DNA of 64,000 bases from Akkermansiaceae bacterium (GCA_051251915.1 JBPOGF010000002.1:160001-224000); one strand, 5' to 3'. Numbered from the stretch's first letter, positions 48,515 to 58,087 are shown. The notes: generated by a model not told the origin, from the sequence alone. A program made the numbers and translations.

Positions 48515-48599
48515 CCCTAGCTGGCTTAATCAGTGCTACCTTGAACGCACACACACATATATATACAGGTGCTGGGATTGTCTGTTGAGCCGGCTAGGG
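48515..48599. other. Structured intergenic element with 15-bp terminal stem and CA/TA-repeat core
   Basis: CCCTAGCTGGCTTAA ... TTGAGCCGGCTAGGG enclosing ACCTTGAACGCACACACACATATATATACAGGT. Confidence 0.55.
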
Positions 48600-48616
48600 G
48601 TAAGTTTTTGATGTGA

Positions 48617-49402
48617 TTATTCTCCGCGGTTAGGTTTAGGTGTAGGGTATGAGGATTTTTCTCTATTTCTAGTTTCTTGGGCGGAGAGTTGTTCGCCCCA
48701 GTGCTGGAGGAAGAATTTCTTACCATCGAGTTCTAGAATTTTGTCTGACTGGCCGATGATGGGGCGGAGGGTGGTGGGCATTTGGAGGGTGACTAGGGTG
48801 AAGATGGAGGCCCAGAGGTAGAGGTGCTTGGTGTGGGTCATGCCGAATGCTTTGCCGGTTTTGGTGAGGAATTTGAGTCCCATGAAGAGGCAGATGATCC
48901 AGATGGCGATGCAGAGGAATCCGAAGAAGCTCATGGAGTCACTGCTGCTGGAGAATAGCCAGATGACTGGTGAGAAGCCGATGAGTAGTAGGCTGGTGAT
49001 GGCCATGGTGCAGCTTTGGATGCCGAGGATGGTGGAGAATTTCTTATCTAATCCGCCGATACAGCAGAAGATGTAGAGGCTGGGGAGGCAGATGAGTGAG
49101 CTGAATAGGACTCCGCCTACGATCTTGAGTGGGGCGAGCCACATCTGCTCGGTGGCACCTTGGAAGCTGCCGACGATTAAGCCGAAGAGGGTGAGTGAGA
49201 GGATGGTCATGGCGAAGATGGGCATCCAGCGGACTCCTTCGCGTTCATCGATGGAGTGGATGACGCTGAGTGGTTTTTTGAGTAGGTGGCTGATGATGTT
49301 AGAGAAGCTGTAGTCACCTTCGATGAAGGTTTTGACGTAGGGTGTCTCTGGTTCGCGTTGTGGATTTGGAGGGTATGTGTATTTTGGTTCTTCTGGGTGC
49401 AT
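48617..49402 (-). CDS. Conserved-looking membrane protein (paralogue of its neighbour)
   Basis: LICLPSLY, GFSPVIWLF, VTLQM..TLRPIIG. Confidence 0.8.
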   Translation of the reverse strand: MHPEEPKYTYPPNPQREPETPYVKTFIEGDYSFSNIISHLLKKPLSVIHSIDEREGVRWMPIFAMTILSLTLFGLIVGSFQGATEQMWLAPLKIVGGVLFSSLICLPSLYIFCCIGGLDKKFSTILGIQSCTMAITSLLLIGFSPVIWLFSSSSDSMSFFGFLCIAIWIICLFMGLKFLTKTGKAFGMTHTKHLYLWASIFTLVTLQMPTTLRPIIGQSDKILELDGKKFFLQHWGEQLSAQETRNREKSSYPTPKPNRGE

Positions 49403-49435
49403 GATTTTGATGGGTTGGTTAGTGGTTAGATGTTG

Positions 49436-50149
49436 TTAGAAAATGTTTTGGAGGGAGTTGAAGATGGATTCGTAGAATGAGCTGGCGAATTTGTTGTCTC
49501 TGAGAAACTGGATAGGACTTCCTGGTGAGCCGAAGAAGGGGCGGGATATCCAGCCGATCTGGGCGCCTACGAAGAGGTTTCCTGCGAGCCATGCGATGAA
49601 TGTCTGGGTGGCGGCTTTTCTGGTTTGGGCGTATTTTTTGAGTGCTCCGAGGAGCATGGAGTGGGAGACGATGCCGGCGTAGGAGATCATGAAGACGTGG
49701 GTGAGGAGGGTGATGCTGTGGAAGAATGTGGCGTCTGAGCTGTCGGCGCTGGGGCCTTGGAGAGCCATGCCGATGGTGATGGGGCTGAGGGCGCCGAGGA
49801 TGAGTGCGCAGATGGCGAAGGCGGTGAAGAGGAACTGGAGGCTTTGGCGCATGGTGATGCCGGAGCCGAGGACCATGGCGAACATGCCATTGATGAGGGC
49901 ATTCACTGCGAGGGTGGCGATGACGACGAGGGGGAATTTGATGCCTGCGTAGGAGGCCATTTGCCAGCCTTGCCAGAGGCCCATGCTGAGGCCGTAGCTG
50001 CCGCAGCCTAGGATGATGAGGGGGAGGGTGCGGCTGAGGATGAATGCCGGGGATTGTTTCATCCAGTGGTCTATCAGCGTGCGGTCACCTCTGCAGAGTG
50101 CAGGGATGGAGCTGAGGATTTCTGAGATGATGGTGAGTATGCGTGGCAT
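49436..50149 (-). CDS. Conserved-looking membrane protein (paralogue of its neighbour)
   Basis: IKFPL, ALSPI, VGAQIGWISRPFFG. Confidence 0.8.
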   Translation of the reverse strand: MPRILTIISEILSSIPALCRGDRTLIDHWMKQSPAFILSRTLPLIILGCGSYGLSMGLWQGWQMASYAGIKFPLVVIATLAVNALINGMFAMVLGSGITMRQSLQFLFTAFAICALILGALSPITIGMALQGPSADSSDATFFHSITLLTHVFMISYAGIVSHSMLLGALKKYAQTRKAATQTFIAWLAGNLFVGAQIGWISRPFFGSPGSPIQFLRDNKFASSFYESIFNSLQNIF

Positions 50150-50179
50150 TGTGGTTTAATACGTAGCCAAGCTGACTGA

Positions 50180-50200
50180 TCTTTATGAATTCTTTATGAA
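50180..50200 (-). promoter_or_regulatory. Tandem direct-repeat box (OmpR/PhoB-family-like)
   Basis: - strand TTCATAAAGA-A-TTCATAAAGA, 11-bp period, 31-51 nt upstream of the ATG at 50149. Confidence 0.45.
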
Positions 50201-50232
50201 GGTGGTGTGAAGAGTTGGTGAAATTTTCTATC

Positions 50233-50967
50233 TTAGAAAAATGTTAGTCTGATGCCTGCTAGCATGGCGGTAGCGAGGATGATGTATTCGAAGTTTTTCT
50301 GGGGGATGCGGTGGAGGAATTTTTTGCCTGCGAAGATGCCTGTTGCTAGGATGGGGGCTAGGTAGAGGTTCATGGTTATTGTTTCCTGGGTGATGAGGTT
50401 TAGCTGGGCGTTGAGGGGGAGTTTGATGAGGTTTGCTACTAGGAAGAATCTGGCGCAGACGCCGATGAGTTCCATTTTGGGGATTTTGATGGTGAGGAAG
50501 TAGAGCTGGAAGATGGGGCCGGCGGCGTTAGCTAGGACGGTGGCGATGCCTCCTGATGATGCTGAGGCGTAGCGGAATGTGATGGAGCGTGCCATGTGCT
50601 CGATCTGGTTGGCGTAGAATTTGCGGATGATCTGGATGAGTGCCATGGAGAGGATGATGATTCCTATGATGGGTTTCATGACGTTGTTAGGGAGGTAGGG
50701 GAGGAGGATGAAGGCTAGTGTCATGCCGATGAGGGCGGGGAAGAGGACTGGCCAGACTTGGCTCCAGCTGCCGTGCTTGCGGAATGCTGGGTAGACGATG
50801 AGGTCTGCTAGGATGAGCATGGGGAGGGCGATGCCGAGGGATTCTTTGGCGCCGAAGGTCTGGGCTAGGAGGTAGACGGCGATGAGTGATACTCCGGAGA
50901 ATCCTGCCTTAGAGATGCCGATGCAGAGCGCGGAGATGGCGAGGATGAGCATGGTTTCTGTAGGCAT
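50233..50967 (-). CDS. TauE/SafE (TSUP) family permease
   Basis: GISKAGFSG, LPMLILAD, LANAAGP, ANLIKLP. Confidence 0.85.
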   Translation of the reverse strand: MPTETMLILAISALCIGISKAGFSGVSLIAVYLLAQTFGAKESLGIALPMLILADLIVYPAFRKHGSWSQVWPVLFPALIGMTLAFILLPYLPNNVMKPIIGIIILSMALIQIIRKFYANQIEHMARSITFRYASASSGGIATVLANAAGPIFQLYFLTIKIPKMELIGVCARFFLVANLIKLPLNAQLNLITQETITMNLYLAPILATGIFAGKKFLHRIPQKNFEYIILATAMLAGIRLTFF

Positions 50968-51006
50968 GGTGCTAAGCTTGGTGGGTGGGGGTGGTTTGTA
51001 AACTGA

Positions 51007-51894
51007 TTATTTATTTACTGGGGGTGTGGGTGAGAGTTTTTTGGTGTGGGTTGTTTTTTGGATGATGACTAGGGCGATGCCGCCGAGGATGGTTGCTGAG
51101 GCTAGGGTGAGGCGTGGGGTGATGGATTCTTGGAGGAAGATGACTCCGGCGAAGGCGGCGATGACGGGGACGGAGAGCTGGACGGTGGCGGCGGTGGTGG
51201 ATTTTAGTGAGGGGAGGACTTGATACCAGAGGACGTAGCCTAGTCCGGATGTTATTGCTCCGGATAGGATGGCTGTGGTGATGCCTAGGGGATTTATGCT
51301 GGCTTGGTTTATGGTGATGATGCTGAGGATGATGGTGAATGGGATGGAGAGGATGAAGTTTCTGGCTGTTGTGGAGGTGGGGTTGGCGCTTCCTTTGCCG
51401 CGTAGTGAGTAGATGGCCCAGGCGATGCCTGAGGCGAACATGATGAGGGAGTCTGTGAGTGGTGGGGCGGAGAGGCCTGGCCAGAGGAGGGTGGTTAGGC
51501 CGGCGAGGGCGAGGATGAGGCCGGTGATTTGTTGGGTGCGTAGGCGCTCGCCTGAGTAGATGCCGTGGCCGATCATGGTGGCTTGGACTGCGCCGAAGAG
51601 GAGTAGTGCGCCCATGGCGGTGGAGAGGTTTACGTAGGCGAATGAGAAGCAGGCTGCGTAGGCGAATAGGGCGAGGGCGGATAGCCAGTTTCCTGCTGTT
51701 TTGTTAGATGAGTTCTTAAAATGAACGATGATCCAGAGGATGAGGGCGCCGGATAGGAGGCGGATGGTGGTGAAGCTGGCGGGGTCCATGCCGGCTTGGT
51801 CTTGGTTTTGGTTTTGGTCTAGGGCGAGGCGGCAGAGGAGGGAGTTGCCGGCGAAGGCTGTCATGGCTAGAGTTGTTAGGAGTAGAATTTTCAT
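51007..51894 (-). CDS. DMT/EamA-family transporter
   Basis: AFAGNSLLCR, FSFAY, GALLLFG.VQ, GYVLWY, VQLSVPVIA. Confidence 0.88.
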   Translation of the reverse strand: MKILLLTTLAMTAFAGNSLLCRLALDQNQNQDQAGMDPASFTTIRLLSGALILWIIVHFKNSSNKTAGNWLSALALFAYAACFSFAYVNLSTAMGALLLFGAVQATMIGHGIYSGERLRTQQITGLILALAGLTTLLWPGLSAPPLTDSLIMFASGIAWAIYSLRGKGSANPTSTTARNFILSIPFTIILSIITINQASINPLGITTAILSGAITSGLGYVLWYQVLPSLKSTTAATVQLSVPVIAAFAGVIFLQESITPRLTLASATILGGIALVIIQKTTHTKKLSPTPPVNK

Positions 51895-51988
51895 TAGTGA
51901 GTGTTAGTGAAAATTCACTGTGCTGTTAGGATGCTAAATTGATGGTGCTATTCCTAATATTTTAGCGATAAGCTGTTTTTTCTGGAGG

Positions 51989-52357
51989 TTATGGTGCTGC
52001 TTTGAGTTGGTGAGCGGTTTCTGGGTGGGTGGGATCGAAGCCTATCATTAGGATGCCTTCTGCTGAGTCGGAGTGGGTGGCGCCCATTCGGTAGAGGACT
52101 GGGGTGATGAAGGTTAGTTGTTTGCCGGTGGATTGGAACTTTTCTACGATGGTGGCTTGTTGGGGGGTGCCGGGGCCGTAGATCTTGGTGATGTTCCAGT
52201 CTGTGACGTACATGGCGGATTCGATGGGAAGGGGTGTTGGGGTGTGGGTTTTACGGAGGTAGAACCAGATGAAGCTCACTGCTAATATGCTGTAGAGTAG
52301 GCTGATGAGGATGACGCCAGCTAATCTTTCTGACTTGTTGGTGGAGGTGTTTTCCAA
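51989..52357 (-). CDS. Hypothetical protein, one TM segment
   Basis: 122-aa ORF with TTG start and - strand codon bias. Confidence 0.55.
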   Translation of the reverse strand: MENTSTNKSERLAGVILISLLYSILAVSFIWFYLRKTHTPTPLPIESAMYVTDWNITKIYGPGTPQQATIVEKFQSTGKQLTFITPVLYRMGATHSDSAEGILMIGFDPTHPETAHQLKAAP

Positions 52358-52390
52358 GGGGTGAGGTTTGAGAAGGGTTTAGCTTGTTGG

Positions 52391-53056
52391 TTAAGGAGTT
52401 TCTTTTGGGGTGAGTTTTGATCCTGTGAATGGGTTGAATTTGTAGTTGCCTGGGAATGTTTCTTTGGTGTTAGAGTCCCAGACTGGGGGGAGTAGGCTGC
52501 CTAGTGGGAGTCTCCATTCGTGATTTTGTTCAAAGCAGGTGTAGGTGAAGCTGCCTTCTTCTTTGGGGTTGAGGATGTATTTTCCGTCCTTTTTGTTAGG
52601 GTAGATGATGAATTCCATGCCTTTGCCAAATTGTCCGAGCATTTGGCCCATCATTGGTTTCATCATGGCGTAAAAGCCTTGGGCTTGTGGGTTTAGTTCA
52701 TCGTTAGGGATGGGGGCGATTTCTTTGCCGTCGACTTTGAGGGTTACGTTTTTGAGGATGGATTCTCGGTTTTCAAATGTCATGCCTGCGAGGCCGGCGG
52801 TGTTCATTTTGACGACTACGAAGGCTGAGTAGTCATCGAGCAAGGCGACGAATTCTTTTTTTTGGTTGTCTGTTAGGTTTGGGTCTTCGCTGAGGGCTAC
52901 TTCCCAGAATTGAGATGGGATCCACCAGATTAGGTTCATTTTAGATCCTTCTTGGGTCATTCTCTGGGTGTCCTGGACTAGCTTCTGCATGTCTGCGGCT
53001 TGGGTGCTGGATAGTGCTAGGAGTGAGAATAGGATGAGTAAGATTTTGTTTTTCAT
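52391..53056 (-). CDS. Hypothetical exported protein
   Basis: Signal peptide (TQA-AD), WWIP..FW, WRLPLGSLLPP, YKFNPFTG. Confidence 0.75.
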   Translation of the reverse strand: MKNKILLILFSLLALSSTQAADMQKLVQDTQRMTQEGSKMNLIWWIPSQFWEVALSEDPNLTDNQKKEFVALLDDYSAFVVVKMNTAGLAGMTFENRESILKNVTLKVDGKEIAPIPNDELNPQAQGFYAMMKPMMGQMLGQFGKGMEFIIYPNKKDGKYILNPKEEGSFTYTCFEQNHEWRLPLGSLLPPVWDSNTKETFPGNYKFNPFTGSKLTPKETP

Positions 53057-53158
53057 ATGTTTAATTTGTTAGATTGATAGGGGTGTTATATCATTTGGGG
53101 GGTGGTGTCTATGCGGAAAGTTGGTTTCTTGGTGGTGGTGGGGGGATGGTTTGTGGGG

Positions 53159-53806
53159 TTATTTTTTTGGTTGGAGGAGTGTGGGGAGGTTGTGCATGTT
53201 GTCGAATGGGATGGCTCCGGCTGCGGCTAGGTGGTCTGGGTTGGTGAGCTTGGCGTAGCCGTAGACGGTCATGCCTGCGGCGATGGCGGCTTTTACTCCG
53301 ATGACTGTGTCTTCTACTACTGCGCAGCGATCTGGTGTGGTTTGCATTTTGCTGGCGGCTAGGAGGTAGACGTCTGGCGCGGGCTTGCTGTGGGCGACTT
53401 CTGTGGTGCTGGTGATGCGTCCTTCAAAGTGTGGGAGTAGGCCGGTTACTCCGAGGGTGGTTTTCATTTTTTCGTGATCTCCGCTGGAGGCGACGCAGGT
53501 GGGGAGGGTGATTTGTGCGAGGGCTTCTTTGATGCCATCGACGGCTTTTAGTGACTGGGTGAGGGCTTCTTTTTGGCGTTGTTTGAATTCTGGGACGAAG
53601 GTGGTGGGGATGGGGTGGTTTAGTTTTTCTTCTATGATGGTGATGCAGCGGTCTAGGGAGTTTCCGACGAATTCTTGATAGGTGGTTTCCATGGTGGCTT
53701 GGAGGCCTAGTTCGTTTAGCATGGCGGATAGGACGGTGCAGGTGATGCGCTCGCTGTCGACTAGGACGCCGTCGCAGTCGAATATGATTAGGTCGTATGG
53801 TTGCAT
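53159..53806 (-). CDS. HAD-IA family hydrolase
   Basis: FDCDGVLVDSE, VASS, KPAPD, VVEDT..GV.AA. Confidence 0.92.
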   Translation of the reverse strand: MQPYDLIIFDCDGVLVDSERITCTVLSAMLNELGLQATMETTYQEFVGNSLDRCITIIEEKLNHPIPTTFVPEFKQRQKEALTQSLKAVDGIKEALAQITLPTCVASSGDHEKMKTTLGVTGLLPHFEGRITSTTEVAHSKPAPDVYLLAASKMQTTPDRCAVVEDTVIGVKAAIAAGMTVYGYAKLTNPDHLAAAGAIPFDNMHNLPTLLQPKK

Positions 53807-53842
53807 GGTGGTGTGTTTTAGGTATGGTTGTGATTTTGGGTT

Positions 53843-54196
53843 TTACTGGGGGTCGTTGGGGATTTTGAATGGTTGGTTGTTGATGATGACGGAGAATTTG
53901 AAGCCTGCGGCTTGGATGGTGTTTCTGGCGAACTGGAGGAATTTTAGGTCGTCTGTTGTTTCTGGGGTGTGAAGGCAGCAGATGGATATTTCTATTTCTT
54001 GGTTGATGGCGTCTGGTCTGGATTGGTAGATTTCACCGGATTCGATGAATGATAGGTAGTTATTTAGTTTGTTCTGGAGTGCGAGGAGGTGCTCTCTGTT
54101 GTCCCATTCTAGGTGGTCTGCGATGGCTACGATACAGGTGTTGTCTGTGGTTCTGGTGGTGAGGGAGTCGATGAGGTTTGGTTGGTCGATGCTCAT
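53843..54196 (-). CDS. DUF6572-like small protein
   Basis: MSIDQPNLID, IADHLEW, HLLALQNKLNNYLSFIESGE. Confidence 0.7.
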   Translation of the reverse strand: MSIDQPNLIDSLTTRTTDNTCIVAIADHLEWDNREHLLALQNKLNNYLSFIESGEIYQSRPDAINQEIEISICCLHTPETTDDLKFLQFARNTIQAAGFKFSVIINNQPFKIPNDPQ

Positions 54197-54204
54197 GTTT
54201 TTTG

Positions 54205-55005
54205 TTAGAGTTTGAAGAAGGTGTTTACGTTTTGTTCGGTGATGTGGGCGAATTCTTCTAGGGGAATTCCACGGGCTGCGGCGATGTGGGTGGCGGTGTG
54301 GAGGGTGTAGGCGGGTTCGTTTCGCTTACCACGGTGAGGGGTGGGGGCTAGGTAGGGGGAGTCTGTTTCTACCATGATGCGGTCTGATGGTGTTTTGACT
54401 GCTGCTTCTAGGGTGATGGTGGCTTTTTTGAAGGTGGTGATGCCGGTGTAGGAGAGGTAGCCGCCGAGGTCTAGGATGTGGTGGGCATTTTCCCAGGGGC
54501 CGAGGAAGCAGTGGAATACGGCGGTGACTTTGTCTGCGTATTGGCGGTAGATTTCTACGGCGTCTGTTAGGGATGCGTGGCCGGTTTTGTCACGGGTGTG
54601 GATGACGATGTTTTTGTTGTGTTCTGCGGCGAGTTGGAAGTGTTGGTGGAGGAATTGTCGCTGGCGGGCGTGGTAGTTTTCTTCTGTCCATCCTTGTGGG
54701 GCGGGGTGGAAGTAGTCTAGTCCGGTTTCTCCGATGGCGCAGATTTTGGGGTGGGTGACTTTTTCTTGGAGGGTTGTAAGGTAGTGGTCTGGGGTGTTGT
54801 GGACATCGCAGGGGTGAATGGCGATGGCGGCGTGGATCTGGGGGTAAGTTTTTGCGAGGTGGAGGTTTGGCTCTAGGTCATCTAGGGAGGTGGCGAGGGT
54901 GATGAGGCGGTGGATGTGGTTGTCCTGGGCTCGCTGGATGAGGGCGGGGATTTCTTCTGCGGGGAATTTGTGGGAGGCTAGGTGGCAGTGGGAATCTGTG
55001 AGCAT
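54205..55005 (-). CDS. tatD: TatD-family deoxyribonuclease
   Basis: DSHCHL, AIGETGLDY, IHTR, FHCF, ETDSPYLAP..RGKRNEP. Confidence 0.94.
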   Translation of the reverse strand: MLTDSHCHLASHKFPAEEIPALIQRAQDNHIHRLITLATSLDDLEPNLHLAKTYPQIHAAIAIHPCDVHNTPDHYLTTLQEKVTHPKICAIGETGLDYFHPAPQGWTEENYHARQRQFLHQHFQLAAEHNKNIVIHTRDKTGHASLTDAVEIYRQYADKVTAVFHCFLGPWENAHHILDLGGYLSYTGITTFKKATITLEAAVKTPSDRIMVETDSPYLAPTPHRGKRNEPAYTLHTATHIAAARGIPLEEFAHITEQNVNTFFKL

Positions 55006-55350
55006 TTTTTGAATGGTGAATTTTGAATGTGGAATTTTGAAATCTTGGTGCTTTGGTGGCTTTTGTTGTGGATTTTTTTTACCGCGAAATACACTAAATA
55101 CACGAAAGTTTGCTTGGGTTGGTGGTGGCTTGGATTTTGACCTGCGGTGCTTTTTGAACCACGGAATACACTGAAGACACGGAACTTGGTTGATGGTGGA
55201 AGCTTGGGTTGTTGCCTGCGGCGCTTACCACGAATCGCACTAATCTTCACGAATGGTGGACGATGAAACCTGTGGATGATGGATTTTTTGAACCACGGAA
55301 AGCACGGAAATCACGGAACCGGGTTGATGGAGCGGAATTTGGGTTGTGTG
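55006..55350 (+). repeat. Largest intergenic repeat cassette: 7-mer block plus four CAC-triplet modules
   Basis: TGAATGG/TGAATTT block 55010-55043; modules at 55081, 55158, 55227, 55292; linkers at 55139 and 55214. Confidence 0.88.
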
Positions 55351-55405
55351 CTTTGAGAGAGAGCTTTTTTAATTTTGTGTATGGTGAAACGGGTAACTTT
55401 TTTCT

Positions 55406-55819
55406 TTAGAGTGAGAGTTCTAGGGCTAGTTTTTTCATTTGGCGGGCCATGAGGTTTAGGGCGTTGGCGCGGGTGGGGGCGAGGTGTTCTTTGAGGCCGG
55501 TGTCATCGATGAAGGACATGTCTGCGGTGAGGATGTCTTCTGGGGTTTGGCCGCTGAGGGTGTTGACGAAGAGGGCGATCATGCCTTTGGTGATGAGGGA
55601 GTCTGAGTCTGCGCGGTAGATGATGTTTCCGTTTTGTTTTTCTGCTTCTAGCCAGACTTGGGATTGGCAGCCTTGGATGAGTTTGTCTGTGGTTTTGAGG
55701 GAGTCTTCCATGGGGGGGAGTTTTTTGCCAAGGGAGATGACGTATTCGTAGCGTTCGGTCCAGTCTTGGAAGATGGAGAGGTTGTCTAGGAGTTCGGCTT
55801 GTGCTTGTTGGATGGTCAT
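55406..55819 (-). CDS. sufE: SufE-family sulfur acceptor
   Basis: W.ERYEY.I.LG..LP, IQGCQSQVW, ADSDS.ITKG. Confidence 0.93.
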   Translation of the reverse strand: MTIQQAQAELLDNLSIFQDWTERYEYVISLGKKLPPMEDSLKTTDKLIQGCQSQVWLEAEKQNGNIIYRADSDSLITKGMIALFVNTLSGQTPEDILTADMSFIDDTGLKEHLAPTRANALNLMARQMKKLALELSL

Positions 55820-55820
55820 T

Positions 55821-55905
55821 TTGAATTGATTATTGAATAGTGGAGATTGATTATTGGCTTGGTGCTTTGGTGGCTTGGGAGATTGGAAATCTCGGGCACG
55901 TTGGT
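55821..55905 (+). repeat. Intergenic repeat cassette (ATTGATT 7-mers, CTTGGTGCTTTGGTGGCTT, REP-like hairpin)
   Basis: Shares a 19-mer with 55044 and GGAGATTGGAAATCT-GGGCAC with 35267. Confidence 0.75.
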
Positions 55906-55913
55906 GGCTGGGG

Positions 55914-57167
55914 TTATTTTTGTTTGGCTAGGGATTTTGAGATTAGGGCTTTTAGGGAGAGGCCTTGGACGGCGATGGAGAAGATGACGATGATGTAGGT
56001 GACTACGAGGATGTGGGTACGGGCATCGCCGGCTTCTTTGGGGATGGCTAGTGCTAGGGCTACTGAGATGCCTCCACGGATGCCTCCCCAGGTGAGGATC
56101 TTGACGACTCCGGGGGTGAATTCTTTGCCCATTTTGCTGAGTAGGCCGACGGTGGCTCCTGAGGAGATGAATCTGACTGCTAGGGAGACTGGGATGAGGA
56201 TGAGGCCGGCGATGATGACTGGGGTGGAGAAGTCTAGGATGAATATTTCTAGTCCGATGAGGAGGAAGAGGACTGAGTTTAGGATTTCATCGATGAGTTC
56301 CCAGAAGGTGTCGATGTTTGATCTGGTTTGCTCTGACATGGCGTTTTCACGGGCGTGGTTACCGATCATGAGTCCGGCGATGACCATGGCGAGTGGGCCG
56401 CTGAGGTGGTAGCTCATGGCGAGGTTGTAGCCTGCGGTGACGAGGGCTAGGGTGAGGAGGACTTCTACGTGGTAGTTGTCGATGGATTTGAGCATTTTGT
56501 AGCAGATGTAACCTAGGATGAGTCCTAGGATGATGCCGCCGCCTGCTTCTATGAGGAAGTCTGTGGCTACTCCGCCGATGGTGACGTTGCCGATGCCTGT
56601 GGTGGCGATGCCAACGAGGACGAGGTAGATGACGACTCCTACGCCGTCGTTGAAGAGGGATTCTCCGGTGATTTTGGTTTCTAGGGACTTGGGTGCACCT
56701 GCTGTCTTGAGGATGCCGAGGACGGCGACTGGGTCGGTGGGGGCGATGAGTGCGCCGAAGACGAGGCACCATGCGTATGGGATGTGGACGTCTAGCATGC
56801 CGAAGATGTAGTAGGCTGCGGTGCCGACGGCGAAGGTGCTGACGGTGACTCCGATGGTGGCCATGATGGCGACGATGCGTTTCTGGAGCTTGAGCTGGTG
56901 GAGGTTTACGTGGAGAGCGCCGGCGAAGAGGAGGTAACTGAGCATGCCGTTCATGAGTGCTTCGTTGAAGTCGATGGAGGCGACGAAGGCTTCTGCGGAG
57001 TCATCGAATGTGGGGATGAATTGTCCGACGGCGATCATGACGAGGCTGGCGACGAGGGAGATGAGCATGATGCCGATGGTGACTGGGAGCTTGATCCAGC
57101 GATGATTTACGTAGGCGAAGAGTGCTGCGAGGGTGAGTAGGATGGCGGTGATGTCGAGGAAGTTCAT
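55914..57167 (-). CDS. nhaP: CPA1 Na+/H+ antiporter
   Basis: LLFAGAL, PTDPVAV, GESLFNDGVG, WGGIRGGISVALAL. Confidence 0.9.
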   Translation of the reverse strand: MNFLDITAILLTLAALFAYVNHRWIKLPVTIGIMLISLVASLVMIAVGQFIPTFDDSAEAFVASIDFNEALMNGMLSYLLFAGALHVNLHQLKLQKRIVAIMATIGVTVSTFAVGTAAYYIFGMLDVHIPYAWCLVFGALIAPTDPVAVLGILKTAGAPKSLETKITGESLFNDGVGVVIYLVLVGIATTGIGNVTIGGVATDFLIEAGGGIILGLILGYICYKMLKSIDNYHVEVLLTLALVTAGYNLAMSYHLSGPLAMVIAGLMIGNHARENAMSEQTRSNIDTFWELIDEILNSVLFLLIGLEIFILDFSTPVIIAGLILIPVSLAVRFISSGATVGLLSKMGKEFTPGVVKILTWGGIRGGISVALALAIPKEAGDARTHILVVTYIIVIFSIAVQGLSLKALISKSLAKQK

Positions 57168-57277
57168 GGGTGTTGGTAATGTGGTCTGGGGGGATAGTGG
57201 GGTGAGTGGGGGAGGAAATCAAGCCGAGGGATGTTTTTTTGATGTTGAAATGGAGTGGTGAGTGTTTAAGTAGTGGT

Positions 57278-58087
57278 ATGCAACAATATCATGATCTACT
57301 GAGGGATGTCTTGGAGAACGGGGAGAGCCGTGGGGATAGGACGGGGACGGGGACGTTGTCGGTTTTTGGTAGGCAGGCTCGGTATGATCTGCGGGAGGGG
57401 TTTCCGTGTTTGACGACGAAGAAGTTGCATTTGCGGTCCATTATTCATGAGTTGTTGTGGTTTCTGAAGGGGGATACGAATATTTCTTATTTGCAGGAGA
57501 ATGGGGTGAAGATCTGGGATGAGTGGGCTGATGAGAATGGTGATCTGGGGCCGGTGTATGGTCAGCAGTGGCGTGCGTGGGCTAAGGATGATGGGACGGT
57601 GGTGGATCAGATTGCTAGACTTATTGATGATTTGAAGAATAATCCTACTTCTAGGCGGCATTTGGTGTCTGCTTGGAATGTGGGGAAGGTGGATGAGATG
57701 GCGTTGCCGCCGTGTCATTTGTTATTTCAGTTTTATGTTCATGATGTGGGGAGTGAGCGTCCGGGGTTGAGTTGTCAGTTGTATCAGCGGAGTGCGGATT
57801 TGTTTTTGGGGGTGCCGTTTAATATCGCGAGTTATGCTTTGTTTGTGATGATGATAGCGCAGGTTTTGGGGTATGAGGCGCGGGATTTTGTGCATAGTTT
57901 TGGGGATTTGCATTTGTATAATAATCATTTGGATCAGGCGAAGTTGCAGTTGACGCGGGAGTGTAGGCCGCTGCCTAGGATGTGGGTGAATCCGGAGGTG
58001 AAGGATATTGATGGGTTTGTGTTTGAGGATTTTAGGTTGGAGGATTATGATCCGCATCCGCATATCAAGGCGGCGGTTTCGGTTTGA
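57278..58087 (+). CDS. thyA: Thymidylate synthase
   Basis: [50 protein letters not shown]. Confidence 0.97.
   Translation: MQQYHDLLRDVLENGESRGDRTGTGTLSVFGRQARYDLREGFPCLTTKKLHLRSIIHELLWFLKGDTNISYLQENGVKIWDEWADENGDLGPVYGQQWRAWAKDDGTVVDQIARLIDDLKNNPTSRRHLVSAWNVGKVDEMALPPCHLLFQFYVHDVGSERPGLSCQLYQRSADLFLGVPFNIASYALFVMMIAQVLGYEARDFVHSFGDLHLYNNHLDQAKLQLTRECRPLPRMWVNPEVKDIDGFVFEDFRLEDYDPHPHIKAAVSV

Noticed and set aside
48515..48599. 6S RNA, suggested by ACCTTGAAC
   Set aside because: The paired region is only about 85 nt and I could not extend it to the roughly 180-nt rod with central bubble
55081..55318. CRISPR array (about 27-nt repeats with 37-50-nt spacers)
   Set aside because: Repeats are divergent and non-palindromic, spacers share motifs with each other and with other loci, and there are no cas genes in the window
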